The notes under the pieces are model-generated. The model searched no databases and was not told where the DNA came from. It saw nothing but the letters and a program-made list of their open reading frames with translations. From a virus, in IMG/VR virus record IMGVR_UViG_3300021138_002011, positions 56,534 through 120,533 of that record: 64,000 bases of DNA. One strand, given 5' to 3'. Below, piece after piece: positions 19,350 to 28,988 of the stretch. Every line of letters begins with the position of its first letter. The stretch's first letter is position 1. Both the position numbers and the translations under genes were made by a program.

Positions 19350-19815
19350 GAGTAGTCACCGTTGTTTTCACTCGAATACGCCCGTCTTTGCCCATTTTTG
19401 CTGTGGTCTTACGAGCTTTATTATCACGCTTCTCTTGTTCTTCGTTTTCGTTACTCCATTTTTGCCAGTTGTCAACGTTACTCCATGCAAACACAGCAGC
19501 ATCGCTTTTATCTTCAAATCGAGCCCACGCAGTTACAACAGAGTTGTTTTCTTTATCAGTTACAACCTTGGCTGTAATAGAAAAATTTCCATCAATGTTG
19601 TTAAGTGTTTTTAACATAGAGGACCATTGATCTGTGGCAATATCTGGGCTACGAAACAAGTATCCAGTGCTTAGTTTTGCCTTGTTGTTTTTCAACGGAT
19701 TGTTTTCTAGGTATTCAGCCAATTTCACATGGTAACTACCATCGTTGCTTGAAAGTGCAATGGTAGTACCAAGAGACGTTGTATCAGCTTTTAACTTAAG
19801 AACCTTAGACGGCAT
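19339..19815 (-). CDS. hypothetical protein
   Basis: 158 aa with GGAG SD and a strong sigma70-like promoter. Confidence 0.7.
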   Translation of the reverse strand: MPSKVLKLKADTTSLGTTIALSSNDGSYHVKLAEYLENNPLKNNKAKLSTGYLFRSPDIATDQWSSMLKTLNNIDGNFSITAKVVTDKENNSVVTAWARFEDKSDAAVFAWSNVDNWQKWSNENEEQEKRDNKARKTTAKMGKDGRIRVKTTVTTLDK

Positions 19816-19839
19816 GTTTATCTCCTGTACTTTACTGGT

Positions 19840-19867
19840 ATTATAGCATTTTAAGATTAGCTGTCAA
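19840..19867 (-). promoter_or_regulatory. sigma70-type early promoter
   Basis: TTGACA-16 nt-TATAAT with a TG extension on the minus strand. Confidence 0.7.
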
Positions 19868-20462
19868 TAGTGTAGGTGGCTTGTTCTACAATAAGATTAG
19901 CATGCACTTTTACTAAAACAGCGTAACTGGTGGCATGACTTTTATGGAATGTGTATCCGCCGCTTGCAGAATTTGCCCATATCTCTTGTTTAATTGCATC
20001 AAACCCGTGTGCTTTACATTTTTCAAATAAATGTCGTTTTCCAGGACGTATCAAAGCCAGCACCATTGCTATTTCTTGAATATTGCAAGGTTTCAGGCTG
20101 GCAACCATGTCTGCATGATTTCCTAAATGTGTTAATTGTGATGTAAACTCGGGATAGGTTAATAAGTTATAATCAAGTTCTTGCGACATTAGATCTAACA
20201 AATGTTGTTCACTCTTTACTAGCTCATATACACCTACATTAAGTAAGTCGACCTTGTACCACCCTTGCTGTTCTGCTTCTTCGTAATTCAAGCTTGCTAA
20301 CCCAGTAAGCGGGTCCGTAGGTACTGCGTGGAAATATACGCCTGTATTATGTTTTACTATATTATTGTTGCGTATTATTGATGCAGGTACGTAATCAAGC
20401 AATGCCAGTGCTTGATTACGATTGGCAAAATCTATATCAACATCGCCAACTAATTTACGCAT
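19857..20462 (-). CDS. minimal DNA polymerase III alpha (DnaE)-like protein
   Basis: DVDIDF, HNTGVY, YKVDLL, LALIRPG and YTFHKSHATSYA motifs of C-family polymerases in only 201 aa. Confidence 0.8.
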   Translation of the reverse strand: MRKLVGDVDIDFANRNQALALLDYVPASIIRNNNIVKHNTGVYFHAVPTDPLTGLASLNYEEAEQQGWYKVDLLNVGVYELVKSEQHLLDLMSQELDYNLLTYPEFTSQLTHLGNHADMVASLKPCNIQEIAMVLALIRPGKRHLFEKCKAHGFDAIKQEIWANSASGGYTFHKSHATSYAVLVKVHANLIVEQATYTIDS

Positions 20463-20543
20463 GTATCGTCTCCATAATATTCTATAATTCTGTAGTAATA
20501 GTAATGGTTATGTCAATACATGGTGTCTATTCCTGTACTATAG

Positions 20544-20849
20544 TTAATCGTAACTAACTTTGTTGTCCAGTTCGGCATTGATTGCTTTAAAACGTCTCTC
20601 TGCGTTTGATAATCTCGTGGTTAAATTACGTATATCGTTTGTTAATTTGGCAATTATAGTTTGAAAATTACGTAGATCACTAGTTAATTTTATAACCACT
20701 GCTGCGTCAACTACAGAAATCTTTTTGCCATCTATCTCCATTTCTTTGATCATACCTTTTTCCTGAAGGTGTATGCCCGTGTGTTGAGTTACTTGTGTAA
20801 GGGCATCATCGTTGTTGGCTTCGTACATACCGTTGTAATTGTTGTCCAT
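20544..20849 (-). CDS. hypothetical coiled-coil protein
   Basis: 101 aa, heptad-like C-terminus. Confidence 0.65.
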   Translation of the reverse strand: MDNNYNGMYEANNDDALTQVTQHTGIHLQEKGMIKEMEIDGKKISVVDAAVVIKLTSDLRNFQTIIAKLTNDIRNLTTRLSNAERRFKAINAELDNKVSYD

Positions 20850-20851
20850 TG

Positions 20852-21556
20852 TTACATTCCGTTCTCTCTAAGTGTATTTCTTATAAAATCGCAAGTGTCT
20901 CTATTCTTATTAAATCGTATTTTCCATGGTCCGGGCGGCGCACAATTTTTGATTATTCCCAATTGTTCCGGGGTGCATCTTTCAAAAAAATCAACTGCAC
21001 TGTCAACATTATATAGCACCCACGGAGATATTCTGCCGCTACGTATCCATGCAACTGCTTGATTAGGGTTTACGTTCCTAAAAAAGTTGGGCCAAGGTTC
21101 ACCGCTTTGCATACTCCATTCGTTCATTAACATTACGTTACGTTCCAGGGCATCTTCGCCTGTTTCTTGTCGTGTCAATTCTCGTACATACTGTTCGTAT
21201 ACAAAGTCGTGTGTCCATTTATCCAATGGAAGATTATTTTTTATAACATAGTCTATGAATTTAGCAGGATCAATTGCATTCAGGTCGCGTATGTGCTTAC
21301 CAAATTTGACGAATGCGATATAATATTGGCTGTCAATGAACGTGCGGTGGTTGTTTTTGAAATTCTTTGATTTGTTGTAGCTATTGAGCTCATAAAATCT
21401 ACACCATGCAAGAAAGCCAAAACGTGCATGTGGTTCATCACGTTGAAACCACCGCCTCTTTTTTTCGCAACTATGATTTATAAGAGGAAGTTCATTTGAA
21501 AATTTCCGTTGGCAAAACTCGCACTGGAATTCGGTCATGCAGCTTGTTTTTTCCAT
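20852..21556 (-). CDS. hypothetical protein with N-terminal zinc finger
   Basis: CEFC..H.C motif; likely start MTEFQC at 21538. Confidence 0.7.
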   Translation of the reverse strand: MEKTSCMTEFQCEFCQRKFSNELPLINHSCEKKRRWFQRDEPHARFGFLAWCRFYELNSYNKSKNFKNNHRTFIDSQYYIAFVKFGKHIRDLNAIDPAKFIDYVIKNNLPLDKWTHDFVYEQYVRELTRQETGEDALERNVMLMNEWSMQSGEPWPNFFRNVNPNQAVAWIRSGRISPWVLYNVDSAVDFFERCTPEQLGIIKNCAPPGPWKIRFNKNRDTCDFIRNTLRENGM

Positions 21557-22029
21557 GCATCTATCAGCTCTTTTACTTCACTGTCACTTACACCGCTGGC
21601 CTTTACAAACGCCGCCCAACTTTTAGAATCGTATAGTGATTTAAGTATTTGTAGCTCGTCGTCATTTAAGCTAGGAAACTTGTCTAACAGCCACTGATCT
21701 ATTTTGCTGCTTTTTTTTGAGTTTTTTGCAGATAACCAAGGACGAAATTGTTTACTACCTACGCCAGTTAAGCATAGTAACTGATGCTGTAGCTCTGGAT
21801 GTTTACTAAGATTCCAAAATCCAATATTAACCAAGTCGTTTGCAGCCATTACTGCATATGCAGCATTTGGATTTTGCATATTAAGCGAACTCATATACCG
21901 CATTAAGACCAACGGAGTGTAGCCTTTTTTCTCGTCGTCTGTTAATTTGTTGTAATAGCCAAGATCGCCTCGATCAAGTGCGCTTAACACGTCGCCAAGA
22001 TCTAATTTATGTTGCTTTGCTGCGGCCAT
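21535..22029 (-). CDS. clamp loader small subunit-like protein (gp62-like)
   Basis: KGYTPLVLMRYMS..HPELQHQLL..RPWL pattern; size and replication-gene context. Confidence 0.55.
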   Translation of the reverse strand: MAAAKQHKLDLGDVLSALDRGDLGYYNKLTDDEKKGYTPLVLMRYMSSLNMQNPNAAYAVMAANDLVNIGFWNLSKHPELQHQLLCLTGVGSKQFRPWLSAKNSKKSSKIDQWLLDKFPSLNDDELQILKSLYDSKSWAAFVKASGVSDSEVKELIDAWKKQAA

Positions 22030-22201
22030 TTAACATACCTCTCAATGTAGTTTTTATTGTTACTGAATATATATGGTAACGCAAGTCTTGAAATAAATTG
22101 TAGTAGGTTTTATCAAAACATCATAAATACTTCCATCTAGCATTATGCGGTCGTCCGTCCGCGTAGCCCTAGAACGGCAGCAAATTTTAAGGAGAAACAA
22201 A

Positions 22202-23296
22202 ATGGGACGCCCGATTAATAACAGATACATTGGCAATACCAGTGGATCTGGCCAAACAATTCAAGCTACAGCATATTTCACAGGTCTAGGCGGAACTGCA
22301 AACGCTTGGATATCTTCGCAAAAAGCAACAAATACCTATAACATGGTTTCCGCAACTGGGTTGTATGCCGATCGTGTTGAATTAACAAACGGCGGAGTAG
22401 CATTACAGCCCGGGCAGGCCAACATCACTGTACAACCATACGGTTATACAGGCAGTGGTGCAACTGCAATTGCCAATTTAGGAGTAACCGGTTATACAGT
22501 TACATCGGGCGGTACAGGAACATCTGCTGCTGGTTATATTCCAGGACAAATTCTCAGTGTAAACAGCGGAACATACAACACCAACCAGCGTGCAAATGCA
22601 GCGGTAACTAGTGTTACGTTGGGCGCAGTTGGTAACATTACCACAAATACCGGTTATACAGTCGGGGATACATTTACATGGAATTATGCAGGGTGGTTGA
22701 CACCTACTGTAGTTACAGTTGCAACAACAAGCGGCAACGGTAATATCAGTGGTGTAACAATTACATCCGCAGGTACAACAACCAATATCAGTATCAGCAA
22801 CACCACAGTATACAGCAGTGCAACTACAGCTAATGCATGGGCAAACACTGCCAACTTTAATCTACGTTGGGACGTATCCGGCTTAGCCGTGTACAATCAA
22901 GGCGATTACACAACACCACCAACTAATCCAATAGCATTTACTCCTGCTAGTGGTCATGGTACAGGCGCTGCTGCAACAGCTAGTTATGGCATATCTTCCA
23001 CACGTATTACCAATGGCGGGTCTGGGTATCAAGCTGTAAATGCAACAGTAAGTGGTGCTGCTGGCGCAATTGTTGCTACTACTGTAACAAGCGGTAGTGT
23101 AACCGCACTGTCTGTTATTGCTCCCGGAACTTTCGGACCAACACGTCCTACTATTGGCATTACTCCAATTGCAAGTCTCGAATACGCCGAAGTTATTAGA
23201 AACTTAACAGTTACAACATGGTCATATAACACATATGAGTGGGTTCCAACTGGTACAGTTCCGCAACCAGGTCAAGCTGTACTACAGACAGCTTAA
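22202..23296 (+). CDS. putative virion structural protein
   Basis: ATG at 22202 after AGGAG; T/G/A-rich with NGGSGY-type repeats; TAAATA upstream; homologous to the sheath insertion. Confidence 0.75.
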   Translation: MGRPINNRYIGNTSGSGQTIQATAYFTGLGGTANAWISSQKATNTYNMVSATGLYADRVELTNGGVALQPGQANITVQPYGYTGSGATAIANLGVTGYTVTSGGTGTSAAGYIPGQILSVNSGTYNTNQRANAAVTSVTLGAVGNITTNTGYTVGDTFTWNYAGWLTPTVVTVATTSGNGNISGVTITSAGTTTNISISNTTVYSSATTANAWANTANFNLRWDVSGLAVYNQGDYTTPPTNPIAFTPASGHGTGAAATASYGISSTRITNGGSGYQAVNATVSGAAGAIVATTVTSGSVTALSVIAPGTFGPTRPTIGITPIASLEYAEVIRNLTVTTWSYNTYEWVPTGTVPQPGQAVLQTA

Positions 23297-23327
23297 TAAC
23301 TGCCCTGCAAAAGCAGGCAGACTCAGC

Positions 23328-23368
23328 GAAACCCCGGTGATTAGCCAGAGCGAAATCACCGGGGTTTC
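23328..23368. terminator. hairpin between convergent genes (bidirectional terminator)
   Basis: 15-bp stem GAAACCCCGGTGATT/AATCACCGGGGTTTC; a second small stem at ~23300-23320. Confidence 0.7.
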
Positions 23369-23374
23369 TGCTGA

Positions 23375-23875
23375 CTAAAACATTTTACGTATATCGAGGT
23401 TGTCTGGAATTTTTCCAATATCCTTTACGAAAAAAGCACACAACGGGTTCTCGCCGTCTGAAAGTGGTACCGCAAGAAGGTGACCATTTTTAAGTTTTGG
23501 AAAATACCATTTCACATCTGGCCAGGTATTGATTATTTCAAGGCGTAGAAAACTTGGCATATAACCTTTAATAGGATTAAAGCAGAAAACATCAAAATCT
23601 TTGTCCATTAGGTATACCAACGGCATAACTTCAAGGTCACCCAAGTGCATATCACCAATTATTACACTCCAATCTAGCGGCATCTGCACATTGTATTGGC
23701 CAATTCGAATGTCAATGCACGGGCTATTAAAGCTTTCAAGGAAAATCAACGGTAAAAAATAATAATCAACATCGGCCTGGTTTGAGTAATCTAAAATGCA
23801 ATAGCGTAGATCTTCAACACGATCTGGTATTTGATTAATTGCATAAGATCTGTTGTCATGGGTTAGAATTCTAAT
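23375..23875 (-). CDS. hypothetical phage protein, probable ATT start
   Basis: Frame open upstream of the track start: (I)RILTHDNRSYAINQIPDRVEDLRYCILDYSN...; GGAG 7 nt before ATT at 23875. Confidence 0.7.
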   Translation of the reverse strand: MRILTHDNRSYAINQIPDRVEDLRYCILDYSNQADVDYYFLPLIFLESFNSPCIDIRIGQYNVQMPLDWSVIIGDMHLGDLEVMPLVYLMDKDFDVFCFNPIKGYMPSFLRLEIINTWPDVKWYFPKLKNGHLLAVPLSDGENPLCAFFVKDIGKIPDNLDIRKMF

Positions 23876-23955
23876 CGTACTTCTCCTGCCGTGTAATTGA
23901 CAGGTATTTACTTGGTATTCTTAACTATTGTTTAAAAAGATCAATAAGATATATT

Positions 23956-23994
23956 AAGGCAAACTAGATAGCAGGCCAGCATCTAGTTTGCCTT
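23956..23994. terminator. hairpin downstream of the UvsW C-half
   Basis: 14-bp stem AAGGCAAACTAGAT/ATCTAGTTTGCCTT. Confidence 0.55.
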
Positions 23995-24017
23995 GCAATA
24001 TGCGTGAAATTTTGCTA

Positions 24018-24857
24018 CTAATAAGTTGTTTTCTCAACTGAATAGCTGTATTGCACATCGGCATAGAATTTTTTACGTTTTAACAAATGCCTGTTAGAAA
24101 ACTTACATTTGCTAGAAATATCGTAGATTTCTACTGAGTCTTTGTCATCTGCTTTACGTAGGCCACGACCTATGCTTTGTATTACTCTGACAAAACTTTT
24201 TCCAGGTTCTACTAGAACAAGATTAAAGATTCTGTTAATTGATATTCCGGTAGATGTTGTTCCGTATGTTGCGATCATTATTGCGTTTTCAGCTAAATTA
24301 ATTTCTTTATAATGCTCTTTACGCTTGGTGCTTTTCATTTGTCCGCTAATGAACGTGGACCCCGGCATCAGCTCATGCAATAATTCGCCCGTTTCTATCC
24401 TGTCAATCAGCACCAATGTATTACCGGTTTTGGCAATTTCCTGGATCTTTTCGGCTAACCATTGTATTCGGGTCCTATTGGTAACCAAAAACTTCAATTC
24501 TTCCTGATAGTTGTTGTATACAACAGACTCCTGGGTATGCAAGATGTTGACATGGCACTGGGCTAAATGGCCTTCATCCTGTAGCTCCTTGGCGGTGAGC
24601 CGGCCAATTATTGGCCCAATTGCGCTATAAAGACTTGCTTGATTGTATTCTTCTTCCGGTATCGTACCGGTTAATCCCCATCGAATAGGTATGTTGGCAA
24701 ACGTAGTTGTAAGCAAACCATGCAAGACGTTCATGTTTTTCACACTATGACAGTTAGACACTACGGCCCGTTCTACTATATAATTGTGATCATCCTGTAC
24801 ATGTAGGTTGTAAACTTGATCAGGTTTACTGATTTCTCGGCGACTTAGCAGTTTCAT
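24018..24857 (-). CDS. uvsW: UvsW-like SF2 helicase C-terminal half, beginning with split intein IntC
   Basis: 35-aa IntC ending AVVSN/C, then CH..WGLTGT, STGISI and QSIGRGLR helicase motifs. Confidence 0.92.
   Translation of the reverse strand: MKLLSRREISKPDQVYNLHVQDDHNYIVERAVVSNCHSVKNMNVLHGLLTTTFANIPIRWGLTGTIPEEEYNQASLYSAIGPIIGRLTAKELQDEGHLAQCHVNILHTQESVVYNNYQEELKFLVTNRTRIQWLAEKIQEIAKTGNTLVLIDRIETGELLHELMPGSTFISGQMKSTKRKEHYKEINLAENAIMIATYGTTSTGISINRIFNLVLVEPGKSFVRVIQSIGRGLRKADDKDSVEIYDISSKCKFSNRHLLKRKKFYADVQYSYSVEKTTY
24753..24857 (-). mobile_element. split intein IntC (35 aa)
   Basis: VYNLHVQDDHNYIVERAVVSN followed by Cys +1. Confidence 0.9.
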
Positions 24858-25115
24858 ATAGGTATCCTATCTTTCTTGCAGTTTCAGAATCAAATCTAGC
24901 TAGATCTGGCAATGGTACATTAGACGTTAGCCATTGTTGATCAATTAGCAATATTTTATAATCGTGTTGTTTTGCCCAGTCTTTAAGGACAGTATATTTT
25001 GCTTCCCATTTAGTGCCATTAAACAAGTTATAAGGTTTGACCTCAACTACAAGTTTATCAACATGATCAATAAAATCAACGATGTACACATAATTATATT
25101 TTCATACGTTGCCAT
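24826..25115 (-). pseudogene. internally deleted PD-(D/E)XK (TnsA-like) homing endonuclease
   Basis: Orphan start MATYENIIM (25115) is out of frame with YIVDF..VVEVKP..WAKQHDY (25089-24826). Confidence 0.7.
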
Positions 25116-25151
25116 AAAATACCTATATGTCTTTGACTGTATGTATTTATG

Positions 25152-26162
25152 TTAATAGTTGATAATGTCGTGATCAACAGTTATTTCATCAGCTCGGCAC
25201 CACCCGATGGTGGTTAAAAACTTATGATTACCAGTAACCTGTATTTTTGAATGATTATCAAATTCTAATTCATACATCTTTTCATTTGTTGAATCGGTTA
25301 GATTGCAATGTTGTTTTATTACAGTGTCAACTTTGAATTGTTGTAACTTCTCAGAATAGTTGATAACCTGTTGCCCAGACGATATATCCTTTATTGGAAT
25401 ATATCCGGTAGGTGTTAAAACACGCATATCACCATTAAAACATTCATCGCATACCACTGCCACTAGATTATCCAGGAACACGGTTAGTTGTTCATCGTCC
25501 AGCGCATCCTTATTCTTTTTATCAAGTACGTTAAGGCTTTGCCATGTACATATGGTATGTGTCCTATCATATTCCTTACGATCTCCATAAAGCACTCCAA
25601 CGTCTAGACCCACATTCCTGTAATCCTCTTCTGTTTGCAACACAAGGTTCTTATTTGGAACGATAACTATGGTACGGCCATATTTTTCAGCCAGCTTTGA
25701 TAAGCTGGCAGTGATGATCGTTTTTCCTGCCGATGTAGGAGCCACAGACACGCCCTGCAGGTTGTTGATACATTCGTTGATTGCCTGCGCTTGATAATCC
25801 CGTAGCTGTATGGGTTGTCCGGCTGCCCTATGATCCGCCGGCCATACTATGTGGCTTAGGAAATTTTCATCAATTTCGTCAAACTCGAATGTATGATTAG
25901 CCCTTAGATCAGTTATGTCAAACTCGTATCCTGCGGCTACCAGCACAGGTAATATCTTATCAAGAAGATTCAGATAGGTTCGACCACCTAGCGTACAAAA
26001 GCTTGTTGTACCATCCCACCTACCCAGTTTGTATGCAGGACTATATCTAGCATGCGGTAAAAAATATTTTACCGCATTAACACATGCCCGACGTGTTACC
26101 AGGTCCAGACCTTCTATCTTAACGGTAACTTCCGATTCTATTATTATTTCAGCCATTTTCAT
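25152..26162 (-). CDS. uvsW: UvsW-like SF2 helicase N-terminal half, ending in split intein IntN
   Basis: LRDYQ, APTSAGKT, TWQS, then VCDE/CFNGD intein start inside the DExH box. Confidence 0.92.
   Translation of the reverse strand: MKMAEIIIESEVTVKIEGLDLVTRRACVNAVKYFLPHARYSPAYKLGRWDGTTSFCTLGGRTYLNLLDKILPVLVAAGYEFDITDLRANHTFEFDEIDENFLSHIVWPADHRAAGQPIQLRDYQAQAINECINNLQGVSVAPTSAGKTIITASLSKLAEKYGRTIVIVPNKNLVLQTEEDYRNVGLDVGVLYGDRKEYDRTHTICTWQSLNVLDKKNKDALDDEQLTVFLDNLVAVVCDECFNGDMRVLTPTGYIPIKDISSGQQVINYSEKLQQFKVDTVIKQHCNLTDSTNEKMYELEFDNHSKIQVTGNHKFLTTIGWCRADEITVDHDIINY
25155..25442 (-). mobile_element. split intein IntN (96 aa)
   Basis: CFNGDMRVLTPTG...VTGNHKFLT..GW followed by stop. Confidence 0.9.
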
Positions 26163-26299
26163 TTCGTCGGGTTCCTTTTTTCATTCGCGGATATAATAAT
26201 TATCTCAGCAGTTTTGATCATGATTATCCATTTATTTAATATCTTCTATACCCGCCACATTTGATATGATAAATAGTGTTGAAGCATTGGAGGATTAAT

Positions 26300-27127
26300 A
26301 TTTCTAATTATATAGTATATGAGTTGTGGAATCCAATAAAGGACTTACCATTTTATGTTGGATATAGTTCAAAAGATACTCGCCCATATCATCACATAGC
26401 AGAAGCGTTACAAGATAAATCAGAATGTGAGATAGGAGCCAATCCTCATAAAATTTTTACTATACGTCAAATACACAAAAGCAACCTTGCGATAGGTATA
26501 AAAATTGTATTGATAACCGATAATAAACATGACGCAATTTCAGAGGAAATCAGATTAATCAAATATTATGGTCGAAAAGATGTCGGGACCGGTATTTTGA
26601 CAAATATGACAGATGGTGGAGATGGAGCAGGTACAAGAATTATTTCTGAAAAAGAAAGAGATAGTCGTAGATCACGTCTCAAAAATAAATCTTTTGAAGA
26701 AATCTTTGGTCAAGAACGTGCTGACGAAATAAAAAAGAAAATTTCTAATAGTAGACAAGGTGTTAAAACTGGTAAACCGGCATGGAATACTGGAAAAACC
26801 AAAGATAATGACGAAACAGTGATGAAAATGAGTAGTAGTAAAAAGGGGTCGGTACCCTATAATAAAGGCAAGAAAATGACTGATTTAATCCCGGACTACA
26901 TCAATCATTTTACTGGCAAAACACACAGCGACGAATCTAAACAAAAGGTGAGCATGGCAAATAAAGGTAAATGTTCAGGAGAAAAGAATCCCATGTTTGG
27001 TAAAAGTGCTGTTAAAGGTAGGAAGTGGTATCACGATGGTGCTACTCAATTTTACCTTTTTAACGATGACCCTAAAATTGTTAATTTGAACCTACATCTG
27101 GGCAGGCTCAAAAATAAAATCAGTTAA
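26300..27127 (+). CDS. free-standing GIY-YIG-like homing endonuclease with NUMOD3 repeats
   Basis: YIVYEL..PFYVG..R..H, LTNMTDGGDG, GKTHSDESKQKVS, GEKNPMFGK; inserted antisense between uvsY and uvsW; GGAGG precedes in-frame ATT at 26300 (track start GTG 26276). Confidence 0.85.
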   Translation: MSNYIVYELWNPIKDLPFYVGYSSKDTRPYHHIAEALQDKSECEIGANPHKIFTIRQIHKSNLAIGIKIVLITDNKHDAISEEIRLIKYYGRKDVGTGILTNMTDGGDGAGTRIISEKERDSRRSRLKNKSFEEIFGQERADEIKKKISNSRQGVKTGKPAWNTGKTKDNDETVMKMSSSKKGSVPYNKGKKMTDLIPDYINHFTGKTHSDESKQKVSMANKGKCSGEKNPMFGKSAVKGRKWYHDGATQFYLFNDDPKIVNLNLHLGRLKNKIS

Positions 27128-27593
27128 TTCTGGTATTATTTTCAAGGGTTACTGATTCTAATCCGACTACCCGCAATTTAACGATATGGCCAATTTGCCA
27201 TGCCTTTATATCCAGCCCTTTCATAACGGCTAGATATTTGTTACGTATCAATCCCACTTCGTTTACGATCATGCACATGTTGACGATATCGTCTTCGCCA
27301 TCTATGTATTTTTCAATGCTGCGATCCGTGAGCTCGCGTTGATATCTTTCCAGGTATTTCCTGTAATGATCGCTGCGCATCTTGTCATATTTAATATTTA
27401 GATGTTTAAGGATGGCTTCGATTTCCTGCAATTGGCCAAATCTATGTGATGTTATTCCTGACAGTTCTTGTGAATTTTTTTCAAGATTACCAATGATTTT
27501 GGTCTCATTTTGTGAAAGCTCAAGCTCGTTGTTGTAGTAATCTATTGCAGATGGTATTTCAGCAAGATTCTCCACTATCCGATTGTACCACAT
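27120..27593 (-). CDS. uvsY: UvsY-like recombination mediator
   Basis: Helical 157-aa protein with LTDRSIEKYIDGE..KGLDIKAWQIGHIVKLR, located between uvsX and uvsW. Confidence 0.7.
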   Translation of the reverse strand: MWYNRIVENLAEIPSAIDYYNNELELSQNETKIIGNLEKNSQELSGITSHRFGQLQEIEAILKHLNIKYDKMRSDHYRKYLERYQRELTDRSIEKYIDGEDDIVNMCMIVNEVGLIRNKYLAVMKGLDIKAWQIGHIVKLRVVGLESVTLENNTRIN

Positions 27594-27610
27594 TTTCCCT
27601 CTTTTTTGTT

Positions 27611-27652
27611 ATTTCTGCCCGTTTGCACAAATCGTGTCAACCGGGCAGAAAT
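27611..27652. terminator. intergenic hairpin
   Basis: 11-bp outer stem ATTTCTGCCCG/CGGGCAGAAAT. Confidence 0.45.
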
Positions 27653-27670
27653 CTTATTATGCACGTTCTT

Positions 27671-27931
27671 TTATTCTTCTTCGTATTCGGCTTCGTCCTC
27701 ATAACCATCGTCCAAGCTGCTTGCAAGCTCGTCCAATGCATAGTCGATGTGCTCGTCTTCCTCACGAAGATCCTCAAGCTCTTCCAGCTCAATATCTTGG
27801 TCTGTAAAAATCCGTAGATACTTTACCGCTGCATCATTCTTTTTTCCCGGGGGAATGTAATCTGTGAATAGTTCCCAGATTTCTAAAAGGGTACGATCAG
27901 AAATTTCCATTTTACTCTCCTGTTGGTTCAT
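27671..27931 (-). CDS. small acidic hypothetical protein
   Basis: 86 aa, D/E-rich; likely start MEISDR at 27910. Confidence 0.7.
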   Translation of the reverse strand: MNQQESKMEISDRTLLEIWELFTDYIPPGKKNDAAVKYLRIFTDQDIELEELEDLREEDEHIDYALDELASSLDDGYEDEAEYEEE

Positions 27932-28988
27932 CCGTGTCGTCAGGTGCTTCTTCCTGTACGGGTGATAGTTTTGTTTCGTCCCATTCCTCCATAATCAAAT
28001 CAAGAAGACTATCAGGAATGGAATTCTTGAAATACTTATGTTCTTTGCCGGATCTGTCAACATATTTTAGCTTTGTGCTGTCCTTTACAAGCGCGCCCTT
28101 CTTTTCAAACAAGTTAATTAGCCCACTGTAAGGGTCCATTCCTGAATCCCAGGGTATCTTGATCTCAACATTTTCAAAGGGCTTATTATACCTGGTCTTC
28201 ATGATCTTGCAAGCAGCACGAATACCACGAACGTCGGTTACTTTCTTTCCGTCTTCGTCTTCCTTGAGCTTGCGCTTCTGCATGGCAACCACGATCGATG
28301 ATGCATAAATGAAACCCTGACCTCCAGAAATCTTATCGTCAGGATCAAACATGTCTTGGCTTGCGTAGCTATGATTGGTCACCACCATGCCCACATCATA
28401 CTCACCAAACATGTTCACGCAATTTCGAACCAGAGCTGCAAGGGCCTTTGGCTTGCGGCCCATATCACCTTTTAGGTCGCCAGATTGGAACTGATTAACG
28501 TCTGTTGGTGTAAGCAACATTCCCAAGCTATCAAGCACAAACAGTACCTTTGGGCGATCTTTTTCGTCGACATTGTCAAATCTTGTCTTATAGTCCTTCA
28601 TGAAATCGCTCATTAGACGTGCAACGTCGTCAATCATTGCCATGTTGACCTTGAGCAGCTTGTCGTCGCTTGTGTCCACTCCTAGAGGTTTTAGCCAATT
28701 CTCGTCTAGTGCGTTTTCCGTGTCGATCAATACGACAAATATACCCTGCTTTTGTGCATTTCGTACCAGGTTACCAGAACAAATGTAGCTCTTGCCACTG
28801 CCACTTTGTCCTGCAAACATGGTAACCTTACCTAGAGGAATTCCTCTGAGGAAATTACCCGAGATGCCATAATTTAATGCATAATTTCCCGAATCAATCC
28901 AATGTTTTGGATCATGGAAACCTAACGAAATACCGGGAATGCTTTTCGTTAAATCCTTTCTAAACTTACTGATGTCAAATGGCCGCAT
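27912..28988 (-). CDS. uvsX: UvsX/RecA-like recombinase
   Basis: GQSGSGKS Walker A, IDTENA, VLDSLG, SGGQGFIYASS, KTRY. Confidence 0.95.
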   Translation of the reverse strand: MRPFDISKFRKDLTKSIPGISLGFHDPKHWIDSGNYALNYGISGNFLRGIPLGKVTMFAGQSGSGKSYICSGNLVRNAQKQGIFVVLIDTENALDENWLKPLGVDTSDDKLLKVNMAMIDDVARLMSDFMKDYKTRFDNVDEKDRPKVLFVLDSLGMLLTPTDVNQFQSGDLKGDMGRKPKALAALVRNCVNMFGEYDVGMVVTNHSYASQDMFDPDDKISGGQGFIYASSIVVAMQKRKLKEDEDGKKVTDVRGIRAACKIMKTRYNKPFENVEIKIPWDSGMDPYSGLINLFEKKGALVKDSTKLKYVDRSGKEHKYFKNSIPDSLLDLIMEEWDETKLSPVQEEAPDDTDEPTGE

